A stretch of DNA of 64,000 bases. It comes from Heterodontus francisci (taxonomy: Eukaryota). The position numbers were made by a program, and so were the translations under genes. Position 1 is the first letter of the stretch. Each line of letters starts with the position of its first letter. Of the stretch, positions 1 through 13,500 are shown in pieces. A model generated the notes under the pieces. It was not told where the DNA came from and did no database searches. It worked only from the letters and a program-made list of their open reading frames with translations. The stretch spans positions 120,344,531 through 120,408,530 of the forward strand of contig NC_090383.1 of assembly GCF_036365525.1 (NCBI RefSeq), read 5' to 3'.

Positions 1-2775
1 CCCCCAACACATCCCCACTTCACCCCCCAACACATCCCCACTTCACCCCCCCAACTCATCCCGACTTCACCCCCCAACACATCCCCACATCACCCCCCCA
101 ACTCATCCCCACTTCACCCCCCAACACATCCCCACTTCATCCCCCAACACATCTCCATTTCACACCGCCAACTCATCCCCACTTCACCCCCCCAACACAT
201 CCCCACTTCACCCCCCAACACATCCCCACTTCACCCCCCTAACACATCCCCACTTCACCCCCCAACACATCCCCACTTCACCCCCCCAACTCATCCCGAC
301 TTCACCCCCCAACACATCCCCACTTCACCCCCCCAACTCATCCCCACTTCAGCCCCCAACACACCCCCACTTCAACCCCCCAACACATCCCCACTTCACC
401 CCCAACACATCTCCATTTCACTCCCCCCAACACATCCCCACTTCACCCCCCAACACATCCCCACTTCACACCCCCCCCAACACATCCCCACTTCACCCCC
501 AACACATCTCCATTTCACTCCCCCCAACACATCCCCACTTCACCCCCCCCCAACACATCCCCACTTCACCCCCAACACATCTCCATTTCACCCCGCCAAC
601 TCATCCCCACTTTACCCCCCAGCACATCTCCATTTCACCCCCACAACACATCCCCACTTCACCCCCCCAACTCATCCCCACTTCACCCCCCAACACATCT
701 CCATTTCACCCCCACAACACATCCCCACTTCACCCCCCAACACATCTCCATTTCACCGCCCCCAACTCATCCCCACTTCACCCCCCAACACATCTCCATT
801 TCACCCCCCCCAACTCATCCCCACTTCACCCCCCAGCACATCTCCATTTCACCCCCCCCACCTCATCCCCACTTCACCCCCCAACACATCCCCACTTCAC
901 CCCCCAACACATCCCCACTTCACCACCCCAACACATCCCCACTTCACCCCCCCAACTCATCCCCACTTCACCCCCCCAACTCATCCCCACTTCACCCCCC
1001 AACACATCCCCACTACACCCCCCCAACTCATCCCCACTTCACCCCCCCAACTCATCCCCACTTCACCCCCCAACACATCTCCATTTCACTCCCCCCAACA
1101 CATCCCCACTTCACCCCCCAACACATCTCCATTTCACTCCCCCCAACTCATCCCCACTTCACCCCCCAGCACATCTCCATTTCACCCCGCCAACTCACCC
1201 CACTTCACCCCCCAACACATCTCCATTTCACCCCCCCAACGCATCCCCACTTCACCCCCCCAACACATCTCCATTTCACCCCCCCCAACTCATCCCCACT
1301 TCACCCCCCAACACATCTCCATTTCACCCCCACAACACATCCCCACTTCACCCCCCAACACATCTCCATTTCACCCCCCCCACCTCATCCCCACTTCACC
1401 CCCCAACACATCCCCACTTCACCCCCCCCAACTCATCCCCACTTCACCCCCCAACACATCCCCACTTCACCCCCCACCACATCCCCACTTCACCCCCCCA
1501 ACTCATCCCCACTTCACCCCCCCCAACTCATCCCCACTTCACCCCCCAACACATCTCCATTTCACTCCCCCCAACACATCCCCACTTCACCCCCCAACAC
1601 ATCTCCATTTCACTCCCCCCAACTCATCCCCACTTCACCCCCCAGCACATCTCCATTTCACCCCGCCAACTCATCCCCACTTCACCCCCCAACACATCTC
1701 CATTTCACCCCCCCCAACGCATCCCCACTTCACCCCCCCAACACATCTCCATTTCACCTCCCCCCCAACTCATCCCTACTTCACCCCCGAACACATCTCC
1801 ATTTCACCCCGCCAACTCATCCCCACTTCAACCCCCCAACACATCTCCATTTCACCCCCCCCAACTCATCCCTACTTCACCCCCGAACACATCTCCATTT
1901 CACCCCCCCAACACATCCCCACTTCACCCCCCCAACTCATCCCCACTTCACCCCCCATCTCATCTCCATTTCACTCCCCCCAACACATCCCCACTTCACC
2001 CCCCAACACATCTCCATTTCACCCCCCCAACACATCCCCACTTCACCCCCCCAACTCATCCCCACTTCACCCCCCAACACATCTCCATTTCACTCCCCCA
2101 ACACATCCCCACTTCACCCCCCCCAACTCATCCCCACTTCACCCCCCAACACATCCCCACTTCACCCCCCCCAACACATCCCCACTTCACCCCCCAACAC
2201 ATCTCCATTTCACTCCCCCCAACTCATCCCCACTTCACCCCCCAGCACATCTCCATTTCACCCCGCCAACTCATCCCCACTTCAACCCCCAACACATCTC
2301 CATTTCACCCCCCCAACGCATCCCCACTTCACCCCCCCAACACATCTCCATTTCACCCCCCCCAACTCATCCCTACTTCACCCCCGAACACATCTCCATT
2401 TCACCCCACCAACTCATCCCCACTTCACCCCCCAACACATCTCCATTTCACCCCCACAACTCATCCCCACTTCAACCCCCCAACTCATCCCCACTTCACC
2501 CCCCTACACATCCCCACTTCACCCCCCAACACATCCCCACTTCACCCCCCAACACATCCCCACATCACCCCCCCCAACACATCCCCACTTCACCCCCCAA
2601 CACATCCCCACATCACCCCCCCCAACACATCTCCATTTCACCCCCCCCAACACATCCCCATTTCACCCCCCCCAACACATCTCCATTTCACCCCCCAACA
2701 CATCCCCACTTCACCCCCCAACACATCCCCACTTCACCCCCCAACACATCTCCATTTCACCCCCCCCCCCCCCTC
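1..2775. repeat. C-rich minisatellite, ~23-bp unit (CCCCCAACACATCCCCACTTCA with variable C-runs; variants AACTCATCCCC, ACATCTCCATTTCA), running off the left edge
   Basis: Directly visible tandem array, roughly 120 units; minus strand is G-run rich. Confidence 0.95.
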
Positions 2776-3055
2776 CCACCTCCACGTCATCATACCCGGA
2801 GCCATTCCAGTAAATATCCTGCCACTTTGAAGACTCTTGTACTCACATCCCGAGGTCTCCCTATACCCACTGCCTGTAAAATGGTTCCATTTAATACCTA
2901 TTGCCTCTCCTTATTCTTCTTTCCAAACTGAATCACTTTGCACTTCTCTGCAGAAAGTTCATCTGTCATGTTTCTACCCATTTCACCACTCTGTCTATGC
3001 CCTGCTGAAGTCTGTCACTATCCTCCTCACTCTTCACTACATTTCTGAGGTTTTT

Positions 3056-3358
3056 TTTAGAGATACAGCACTGAAACAGGCCATGTGGCCCACCGGGTCT
3101 GTGCCGACCAGCAACCACCCATTTATACTAACCCTGCAGTAATCCCATCTCACCTACCTACACTAGGGGCAATTTACAATGGCCAAGTTACCTATCACCT
3201 GCAAGTCTTTGGCTGTGGGAGGAAACCGGAGCTCCCAGCGAAAACCCACGCAATCACAGGGAGAACTTGCAAACTCCGCACAGGCAGTACCCAGAATCAA
3301 ACCTGGGCCCCTGGAGCTGTGAGGCTGCGGTGCTAACCCCTGCGCCACTGTGCTGCCC
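3056..3358 (-). mobile_element. tRNA-derived SINE (HE1/V-SINE-like) with CR1-type 3' tail
   Basis: Reverse complement of the copy at 33400-33746: A-box TGGCGCAG, central GTTTGCAAGTTCTCCC...CCGGTTTCCTCCC domain, tail GCCTGTTTCAGTGCTGTATCT. Confidence 0.8.
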
Positions 3359-3684
3359 CTGCATCATCTGAAAACTTTGAAGTCATTCCTCTTATGGCCC
3401 AGTCCGTTTTAAGCATTTAAAAACCTGTTTCACATCCCTTCTCAATGAACTATCGTTACGCCAGTGAGGAAAATAAAACAGAATTCTATCATCATACCGA
3501 GCCCTCTCCAAAGTCTGACCACCCCAATGAGGAAGGGTCCCCCAGATAATCACAGCCCTCTGAACACACTGCTGCCATAACTTTGGTGTGAGTGCATGGA
3601 GAGCTGTAAATTATTCTCAGACCTGGATATGTCTAGTCCCAGCTTTCAATGGCCTTTTGAGGGCAATAGCAATAAACACTAAAA

Positions 3685-4065
3685 GAATGAACGACTTGAG
3701 TTTATATAGTACCTTTCACAACCTCAGGGCCTTCCCAACAAGCTTTTGTCGTCACTGTTGTAATGCAGGAAACACACAGCATGGACCCACAAACAGCAAT
3801 GAAATAAATGGTTGTACCATCTGTTTTAGGGATAAATGTTGTCCTGGACACTTGGCGAGCTCCCCTGCTAACCTTCCAATAGACTTGGGATATTTTACAT
3901 CCACCTAAGAGGACAGACGTGGTTTAACATCTGTGTTCAGTGTAAACATGTCTGCTAGTGCAGCCTCAATACTACACGGGGTTGTCTAGATATGTGCTGA
4001 AATCTCTGTAGTGGGACCTGAACCCATGATCTTCTACCAGAGGTGCAAGTACTGCAACTACACCA
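3685..4065 (-). mobile_element. Degenerate SINE (Deu-domain/SacSINE-like family)
   Basis: Reverse-complement similarity to the SINE copies at 32670-32878 and 37305-37690 (e.g. GTCACTGTTGTAATGCAGGAAAC, TTTATATAG.ACCTTTCA). Confidence 0.5.
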
Positions 4066-4234
4066 CACCTGAAACCCTTCATGATGTTGAGTTGCACTTT
4101 TTCTGGCCCCTCAGTTTTCTAACTGGTGTGCGTCAAGTGATCTTATAATGTTAAAAATGTTATAAAGCATTAAACTTTGAATGCTGGAGAAATATATTTC
4201 TTTGTGTTGAGCTCCATGTATTTCCTACAAACAG

Positions 4235-4582
4235 GTCCATTGGCTGATCCAGTCCTTATTCAATATCCAAAAGTCAGCAAGGTGCCAGAGGGTGAAACAG
4301 TCGAGTTACAATGTGCCATGTACAATGCCAGTGTGAATGACACTGATGTCCACTGGCACTACCAGCGACTGGGGAATGAAAGCGAGTGGATGATGAGCCA
4401 GTTTGTGAATGGCACCATTACCAAGTCCCATGGTGTCCACAACCGTTTTCAGCCGTCCAGGAATATCACCAGTAACAGTTACATTCTGACCATTGTGAAT
4501 GTGACCCTCAATGATACAGCTGCCTACAACTGCAGTGTGTGGAGCTACATCTATGGAGCAGGGACCCAGCTCAATGTAACCG
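4235..4582 (+). CDS. Exon: Ig V-set domain 1 with J-like G strand (GPLADPVLIQYP...LQC...VHW...DTAAYNC...YGAGTQLNVT)
   Basis: Acceptor TTTCCTACAAACAG|GT at 4234/4235; donor G|GTAAGT at 4582/4583; canonical Cys-Trp-Cys, DxAxYxC and GxGT motifs. Confidence 0.92.
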
Positions 4583-7500
4583 GTAAGTCAATGTTAGCTA
4601 ACACTGGCAGAGTCCAAGTCATAGTATCTGACTGGGCAACTGTTTTACACAATAGAATGGACAAATGGAAACACACAGTCAGTTCCTGGTTCCTGCAGTA
4701 GTCATTGAACAAGGGTAGGAAAGTTGTTTATTGAAGGGTTCAGGAGCAGAGGGACCTGGGGATATATGTGCACAAAAGTTTAAAGGTGGCAGGGAAGGTG
4801 TAGAAGCAGTTTAATAAAGCATACAGGATTCTGGGCTTAATAAATAGAGGCATAAAGTACAAAAGCAAGGAAGTTATGATGAATCTTTATAAAACACTGG
4901 TTTGGCCTCAACTGGAGTATTGTGTCCAATTCTGGCACGACACTTTGGAAAGGATGTGAAGACTTTAGAGAGAGTACAGAGAAGAATTACAAGAATGGTT
5001 TCGGGGATAAGGGACTTCAGTTATCCGAATAGGAAAGCTGGGGTTGTTCTCCTTGGAGAAGAGAAGGTTGAGAAGAGATTTGATAGAGGAGCTCAAAATC
5101 ATGAGTGTTCTGGACAGAGTAGATAGAGAGAATCTGTTCCCACTGGCGGAAGGGTCGAGAACCAGAGGACACTGATTTAAGGTGATTGGCAAAAGAAGCA
5201 ACACCGACATGAGGAAAAACATTTTTACACAGAGAGTGTTTAGGATCTGGAATGCACTGTCTGAGAGTGTGGTGGAGGCAGATTTAGAATTAGAATTAGA
5301 ATTAGAACATTACAGCGCAGTACAGGCCCTTCGGCCCTCGATGTTGCGCCGACCTGTGAAACCATCTGACCAACACTATTCCATTTTCATCCATATGTCT
5401 ATCCAATGACCACTTAAATGCCCTTAAAGTTGGCGAGTCTACTACTGTTGCAGGCAGGACGTTCCACGCCCCTACTACTCTCTGCGTAAAGAAACTACCT
5501 CTGACATCTGTCCTATATCTATCACCCCTCAACTTAAAGCCATGTCCCCTCGTGTTTGCCATCACCATCCGAGGAAAAAGACTCTCACGATCCACCCTAT
5601 GTAACCCTCTGATTATCTTATATGTCTCTATTAAGTCGCCTCTCCTCCTCCTTCTCTCCAACGAAAACAACCTCAAGTCCCTCAGCCTTTCCCCCTAAGA
5701 CCTTCCCTCCATACCAGGCAACATCCTAGTAAATCTCCTCTGCACCCTATCCATAGCTTCCACATCCTTCCTATAATGCGGTGACCAGAACTGCACGCAA
5801 TACTCCAGGTGCGGTCTCACCAGAGTTTTGTACAGCTGCAGCATGACCTCGTGGCTCCGAAACTCGATCCCCCTACTAATAAAAGCTAACACACCATATG
5901 CCTTCTTAACAGCCCTATTAACCTGGGTAGCAACCTTCAGGGTTATGCACCTGGACACCAAGATCTCTCTGTTCATCTACACTACCAAGAATCTTCCCAT
6001 TAGCCCAGTACTCTGCATTCCTGTTACTCCTTCCAAAGTGAATCACCTCACACTTTTCCGCATTAAACTCCATTTGCCATCTCTCAGCCCAACTCTGCAG
6101 CCTATCTATGTCCCTCTGTACCCTACAACATCCTTCGGCACTATCCACAACTCCACCGACCTTAGTGTCATCCGCAAATTTACTAACCCACCCTTCTACA
6201 CCCTCTTCCAGGTCATTTATAAAAATGACAAACAGCAGTGGCCCCAAAACAGATCCTTGCGGTACACCACTAGTAACTAAACTCCAGGATGAACATTTGC
6301 CATCAACCACCACCCTCTGTCTTCTTTCAGCTAGCCAATTTCCGATCCAAAGCTCTAAATCACCTTCAACCCCATACTTCCGTATTTTCTGCAATAGCCT
6401 ACCGTGGGGAACCTTATCAAACGCCTTACTGAAATCCATATACACCACATCCACTGCTTTACCCTCATCCACCTGTTTGGTCACCTTCTCGAAAAACTCA
6501 ATAAGGTTTGTGAGGCACAACCTACCCGTCACAAAACCATGCTGACTTTTTCATGGATTCCATGATTTAATCATGGATTTCAAAAGGGAATTAGATAATT
6601 ATTCGAAGAGAAAAATATTGCAGGACTATGGGGAAAAGGCAGGGGAGTGGGACTAACTCAATTGCTCTTGCAGAGAGCCAGCATGGAGATGATGGGTCGC
6701 ATGGCCTCTTTCTGTGCTGTAACCATTCTATGATTCTATGATATGTGTGCAAAATGCAAAGTTGAAAAGTGAAGTTATTAAACTTGATCTTTTTTTTATC
6801 GTTCATGAGTTGTGGGTGTCACTGGCAAGGCCAGCATTTATTGTCCATCACTTCTACCAGCATAAGAGTTTGGCACAAATGAGTGACTTGCTAGGCCATT
6901 TCAGAGGGCAGTTAAGAGTTAACCACATTGCGGGGGGTCTGGAGTCACACCTAGGCCAGACTGGGTAAGGACAGCAGATTTCCTTCCTGAAAGAACATTA
7001 ATGAATCAGATGGATTTTTATGACAAACCTGTTTTATGGTCACCATTACTGATACTAGCTTTATATTCCAGATTTATTTAATTAAATGAATTCAAATTGC
7101 CCAACTGCCAAGCTGGGATTTGAACTCCTGTAAGAACATAAGAAATAGTAAGGAGCAGGAGTAAGCCATACAATCTTTGAGTCTGCTCCACCATTCAACC
7201 TGATCAAAAAATCTGTCGATCTCGCTATTGAATATACTAAATGACTGAGCATTCACCGTTCTCTGAAGTACAGAATTCCAAAGATTCACAACCCTCTAAG
7301 TGAAGTAATTCTTCCTCATCGCACTCCTAAACGGTCGACCTCTTATTCTGAGACTGTGAACCCCGTGGTCTAGATTCTGCAACTCGGAGTAACAATCTCC
7401 CAGCATTTACCCTGTCAAGCTCCTTCAGAATTTTATATGCTTCATTGAGATCACCTTTCATTCAACTAAGCTTCAGAGAATATAGGCCAAGTCTACTCAA

Positions 7501-10500
7501 TGACTCTAGATCAGTCACCCTGTGTCTTGATTCTGCCATGGTTGCTGGAGGCTCGGGTACAGCTAGAAGGTTCACTAGGCTGATTCTTGGGATGAAGGGG
7601 TTGTCTTATAAGGAAAGGTTTAGATTTAGATTTAGAGATACAGCACTGAAACAGGCCCTTCGGCCCACTGAGTCTGTGCCGACCATTAACCACCCATTTA
7701 TACTAATCCTACACTAATCCCATATTCCTACCACATCCCCACCTGTCCCTATATTTCCCTACCACCTACCTATACTCGGGGCAATTTATAATGGCCAATT
7801 TACCTATCAACCTGCAAATCTTTGGCATGTGGGAGGAAACCGGAGCACCCGGAGGAAACCCACGCGGTCACAGGGAGAACTTGCAAACTCCACACAGGCA
7901 GTACCCAGAATTGAACCCGGGTCGCTGGAGAGGCTGCGGTGCTAACCACTGCACCACTGTGCCGCCCTACAGCCACTCTACAGCAGACACTCTACAGCCT
8001 TCTGGAGGTTATGGGGGAAAGGCAGGAAAGTGGGGTTACGGCCACAATCAGATCTTATGAATGGTGGAGCAAGTGGGAGGGGTCAAATGGCCTCCTCCTG
8101 CTCCTATTTCATATGTTGTTATGTTGTTGTGACTATCAGGCAGCAGAAGAGCAGAAAATGGCAAACTTGCAGGCACTCTTTTAAAGCAGGAAGGAGTGAA
8201 TACAGAAATGAGACCAGAAAGTGCCAGAAATACTCAGCAGGTCCGGCAGCATCTGTGGAGAGAAACAGAGTTAATGTTTCAGGTCTGAGACCCTTCATTA
8301 GAACTGGCAAAAGTTAAAAATGTAACAGTCTTTGAGAAAGTGAAAGGGGGGAAAGGGTGAAGAGGAACAAGGAAGGGAGGACTGTGAGAGGACAGAGGGG
8401 GGAGAGATTAAATTACATTGTCATGGAACAGAATGTAAATGGAGTGCTAAATAGTAGCAAAAGACAAAGCATGAGTTCAGAGAGAGTGCTAATGGCAGAA
8501 AAACAAAAACATGAAAAATAAGTTTAAGACCAGCATATAGTTAATAATAAATAAAAGGAAGAAAAAATATATAAAAAGAATAAATAAACAAAAAGTACCG
8601 GGGCTCATGGTCTATAATTATTGAACTCAATATTGAGTCCAGAGGGCTGTAGAGTGTCTGATCGGAAAATGAGATGCTGTTTCTCGAACTTGCATTGATG
8701 TTCACTGGAACACTGTAGCAGGCCGAGGACAGAAACGTGGGCATGGGAACAAGGTGGAGAATTAAAATGATAAGCAACCGGAAGCTTGGGATCATGCTTG
8801 CGGACTGAGCAGAGGTATTCTACAAAGCGGTCACCCAATCTGCCTCAACCTCAAATACTCCTTCCCGGTAAAGCGGCAATTTAATTGTACTTCTTTCAAT
8901 TTAGCATATTGCATTCGCTGCTCACAGTGCGGTCTCGTCTACATTGGCGAGAGCAAATGCAGATTGGGTGACAGTTTTGCAGAACATCTCCGCTCAGTCC
9001 ACAAGCACGACCCTGAGCTTCCGGTTGCTTGCCATTTCAATTCACCACGATGCTCTCATGTCCACATTTCTGTCCTCGGCCTGTTGCAGTGTTCCAGTGA
9101 ACATCAACGCAAGCTCGAGAAACAGCATCTCATCTTCTGATCAGACACTCTACAGCCTTCTGGACTCAATATTGAGTTAAATAATTTCAGACCATGAGCC
9201 CCTTTTTTTGTTTATTAATTATTTTTATTATATTTACTTTTTATATATAATCTTCATTTTTAATTATTTATTGGTTTATTTTTTTAACCATGGGCTAGTC
9301 TTAAACTTATTTTTCATGTTTTTGCTTTCGTACAGATCTGTTCATTATTCTGCCATTAGCACTCTCTCTAGACTCGTGCTTTGTCTTTCGCTACTATTTA
9401 GCACTCCATTTACATTCTGTTCCATGACATTGTCATTTAATCTCCCCCCCTCCATCCTCTCACAGTCGTTCCTTCTTGTTCTTCTTCCCCCTCCCCCCTT
9501 TCACTTTCTCAAAGACTGTTACATTTCTAACTTTTGCCAGTTCTGATGAAGGGTCTCAGACCTAAAACATTGACTCTGTTTCTGTCTCCACAGATGCTGC
9601 TTGACCTGCTGAGTATTTCTGGCTCTTTCTGTTCTCATTTCTGATTTCCAGCATCTGCGGTATTTTGCTCTTATTATAGGAGTGAATACAGGGCTGGTAG
9701 GCCTTTAAATTTGTTGTCAGAACCTACTCCGTATTCGGCATTCTGTCTCCTGTCCCTGCTGCGTGATCGTCCACTTGAGATTCGGGAACGGGGCCCATTT
9801 CTGATCCCACTGCCAGGCTCAGAAGCAGGCTGACTAAATTCAGCCCAATCTATGCTGCCTGATCATTCCACTTAAACATTGACAGCAATTTGAAGTCTTC
9901 AGACTAGTTCTTATGTTACTGATATTTTTCCCTTAAAGATGCAAATCCTCCAGTCCTTATCCAGTCTCCGAGCCTGGAACGTGTCACAGAGGGTCACACA
10001 GCGCGGTTACAGTGCACCATGTGGAACGCCGCAGTGAGAGACACTGATGTTCACTGGTACCGGGAGCTACCAGGACAAAATATGGAGTGGATTTTAACAC
10101 ATGATATAATGAACAGCACACGACAGAGCCCAGGTTTCACTGACCGTTTCCAGTCTTCCAGAGACACCTCCAATAACAGCTTCATTCTGACAATCACAAA
10201 CGTGCAGCCCAATGACACTGCCGTCTATTACTGTAAAGTATGGGGAGATATCAGTGGGAATGGAACCCAGCTGAATGTAACCAGTAAGTCCAGTTTGTGA
10301 TAGTAACTGATCTCCAGTGGTGTAGTTGATGGCCAAGCTGAGACTTGGAGAGCAGTTTTGCATATTTACTTCAAATTTTGATACAATGGCTTAAAATGTT
10401 TTGAAAAATCTGAGCTTTTCAGTACAATTACCTAATGAAATCAAAATTTGTAAATGTGACCATTTCCTCTACACTGGGGAGACCAGATTGAGATTGGGTG

Positions 10501-13500
10501 ACTGTTTGCAGAGCAGCTCCGTACTTTCTGCAAACATGACCCCATATTTAAAGTCACTTATCATTTTAATTTTCTCTTCCATTCTCACTCTGACCTCTGT
10601 CCTTGGCCTCATATACTGTTTCAATGAAGCTCAGCGTAATCTTAAGGAGCAGCATCTCATCTTTTGATTAGGCATTTTACAACCTTATGGACTCAATATT
10701 GAGCTCAACAATTTCAGATCATGATCATTGCTCTCTTCTTTTCGGACAGCAGGTGTCGGTAATGAGTCTTCTATCATTTAATCTCTCCTGTCTTCCGCTC
10801 TATCACAGATCTTCCCATTTGTTCTTTCCCCCTCCTCCCCTTTCCCTGCCTCTGTACTTGCTCAAAACCTGTCACATCTCTAACCTGTTGCACTTCTGAT
10901 AAAAGGTCACAACTGAAATGTTAACTCTGCTTCTCTCTTCACAGATGCTGCCAGACCTGGTGAGTATTTCCAGCATTTTTGTGTATATTTGCAAATTTTT
11001 TGCCTAGTTTGTCACTGTACACTTTGAGTTTTAGAGTGCAGGTGTCCCCAAACTGTCGGGACCACAGAGCTCAGAACTCGCCCCAGATCCCTGGCAGTTC
11101 AGTCTTATTTACTCTTATTTCTCAGCTGTTCTGTTTATGTCTTGTGGGCCTGAAGGTTTGGAAAGCACAGTTCCAGGTGCCGTTGTGTCATTGGTGGACT
11201 AATCCCAAATCAGAACAAGGAGATGTGTCTGTATCAGCAGGGTGCAAGACTTGTAATTATGTTGATTTGTTTAACTGACAAATGTTACAAGATCAGTACC
11301 TAAGGGTAAAGGATCCACTTTGGGTACAGTTGAGAAATTGCACTCGTTAGGTTACACCTCAGGCTTTTGTTGAAAGTTATTTCCATCATCATAAATGTAC
11401 AATATTCCATGTAGTAGCAGGACAATTGGGCAGTGTGATGGTGTAGATGTTTTATTATTTTCTTCCATTATGTAGTATTTCTTGATGTATTTAAGAGTGG
11501 TAACCTGTAGCAGTTTTGGGAATACAGCATTTTAATGAGGATGTCCAGTCCTCCACCTCTGAATAACCCGACTTAAAATTACTAAAAATGACAAATGGAA
11601 ACTGTACTGAAACATCTAACGTTCCATTGCTAGGCCCTAGTCAGTCTGGTATTAGTGTCTGTACGCCTAAGAGAATTAGCACAATTTGAAGAGCCTTCCC
11701 AAACCAGAACAATAGGCAGAATCTCTCCGTTTTGGTCTGGGGATGAGGCCACATGAGGTAAGAGTGTAGCTGGACTCGGACGAATTGAATCTTGAGCTAA
11801 CGTAAGAGATCCCTGAAAAAAGGAACGTAAGTTTTGCTGTCACTCGCTAGTCTTTAACATTATCCAGTCTTTTATGCTGGTTGGGCTGTCTCTGCCAGGA
11901 TTGTGCTGATATAACTAACGGAAACAAACAAAAACCCGACTCTGATCTTTGTCAAATAAAACTGAGAGGTGTTCAGATTTCAATAAGAAAATATTTAATT
12001 TTGTTCAAAAGCTAATTTGAAACTAACGAGTATTTGAACATAAGAACATAACATAAGAACTAGGAGCAGGAGTAGGCAATTCAGCCCCTCGAACCTGCTC
12101 TGCTATTCAATACGATCATGGCTGATCTCATCTCGGCCTCAACTCCACTTTCCTGCCCGTTCTCCATAACCCTTCAACTCATTACTAATTAAAAATCTGT
12201 CTATCTCCTCCTTAAATTTACTCAATGTTCCGGCATCCTCCGCACTGTGGGGTAGTGAATTCCACAGACTCACGACCCTTTGAGAGAAGTAATTTCTCCT
12301 CATCTCTATTTTAAATCTGCTACCCTAACCATGACCTCTCGTTCTAGATTGCCCCACAAGAGGAAACATCCTCTCTATGTCTACTTAATCCTCTTAATCA
12401 TCTTATATACCTCAATTAGATTTCCTCTCATTCTTCAAAACTCTAGAGAGTAAAAGCCTAAACTGCTCAATCTCTCTTCATAAGACAAACCCCTCATCTC
12501 TGGAATCAATCTAGTGAACCTCCTCTGAACTGCCTCCAATGCAACTACTTCCTTTCTCAAGTAAGGGGACCAAAACTGTACGCAATACTCCAGGTGCGGT
12601 CTCACTAATACCTTGTACAGTTGCAGCAACACTTCCCTACTTTTATACTCTATTCCTTTAGCAATAAATGCCAAAATTCCATTTGCCTTCCTTATCACCT
12701 GCTGTACCTGCAAACTAGTTTTCTGCGATTCATGCACGAGGACACCCAGATCCCTGTGCACTGAAGCATTCTGAAGTTTCTCTCCATTTAGATAATAATT
12801 TGCCTTTCTATTCTTCCGACCAAAATGGATAACCTCACACTTATCCACGTTAAAATCCATCTGCCAAATTTTGGCCCATTTATCTAATCTATCCATTTGT
12901 AAATTTCTTATTTCTTTATTGCAACTTACTATCCCACCTATTTTAGTGTCATCTGCAAATTTGGCTATAGTACCTTCTATCCCTGCATCCAAGTCATTAA
13001 TATAGATTCTAAATAGTTGGGGCCTGAGGACCGAACCCTGTGTCACCCCACTAGTTACATCTTGCCAACTAGAAAAAGACCCATTTATCCCGACTCTCTG
13101 TTTTCTGTTGGTTAGCCAATCCTCTATCCAAGCTAATAAATTGCCCCTAACCCCATGTGAACTTACCTTGTGTATTAACCTTTTGTACGGCACCTTATCA
13201 AATGCCTTCTGGAAGTCCAGATATACTACATCTACAGGATCCCCATTATCCACTTTGCTTGTTACATCTTCGAAGATCTCTAGCAAATTAGTCAAACACG
13301 ATTTACCCTTCATAAAACCACGCTGACTCTGATGGACTGCGTTTTGATTTTCTAAATGTCCTGTTATTACTTCCTTAATAATGGATTTTAACAATTTCCC
13401 AACAACAGATGTTAAACTAACTGGTCTATAGTTTCCTACTTTCTGCCTCCCTCCCTTTTTGAATAAGGGCGTTATATTAGCTTTTGTCCAATCTGCTGGG

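Noticed and set aside
1-2775. Ig class-switch region or telomeric repeat
   Set aside because: No AGCT hotspot motifs, no TTAGGG units, and the G-rich strand is the template strand for the adjacent gene.
4177-4701. ORF-track N- and C-terminal extensions of V1 (MNAGEIYFF..., ...KSMLANTG...)
   Set aside because: These are intron read-through beyond the splice sites at 4235 and 4582; the start is not a real ATG leader.
5828-6545. Antisense ORFs over CR1 RT regions (also at 22250-23455, 51355-51927, 59684-60284 and elsewhere)
   Set aside because: Recurrent shadow frames of the LINE RT coding sequence.
4235-10283. Rearranging Ig/TCR V gene segments
   Set aside because: V and J-like parts are in one exon ending in a splice donor; I saw no RSS and no C1 exon; they splice to a TM/ITIM tail.
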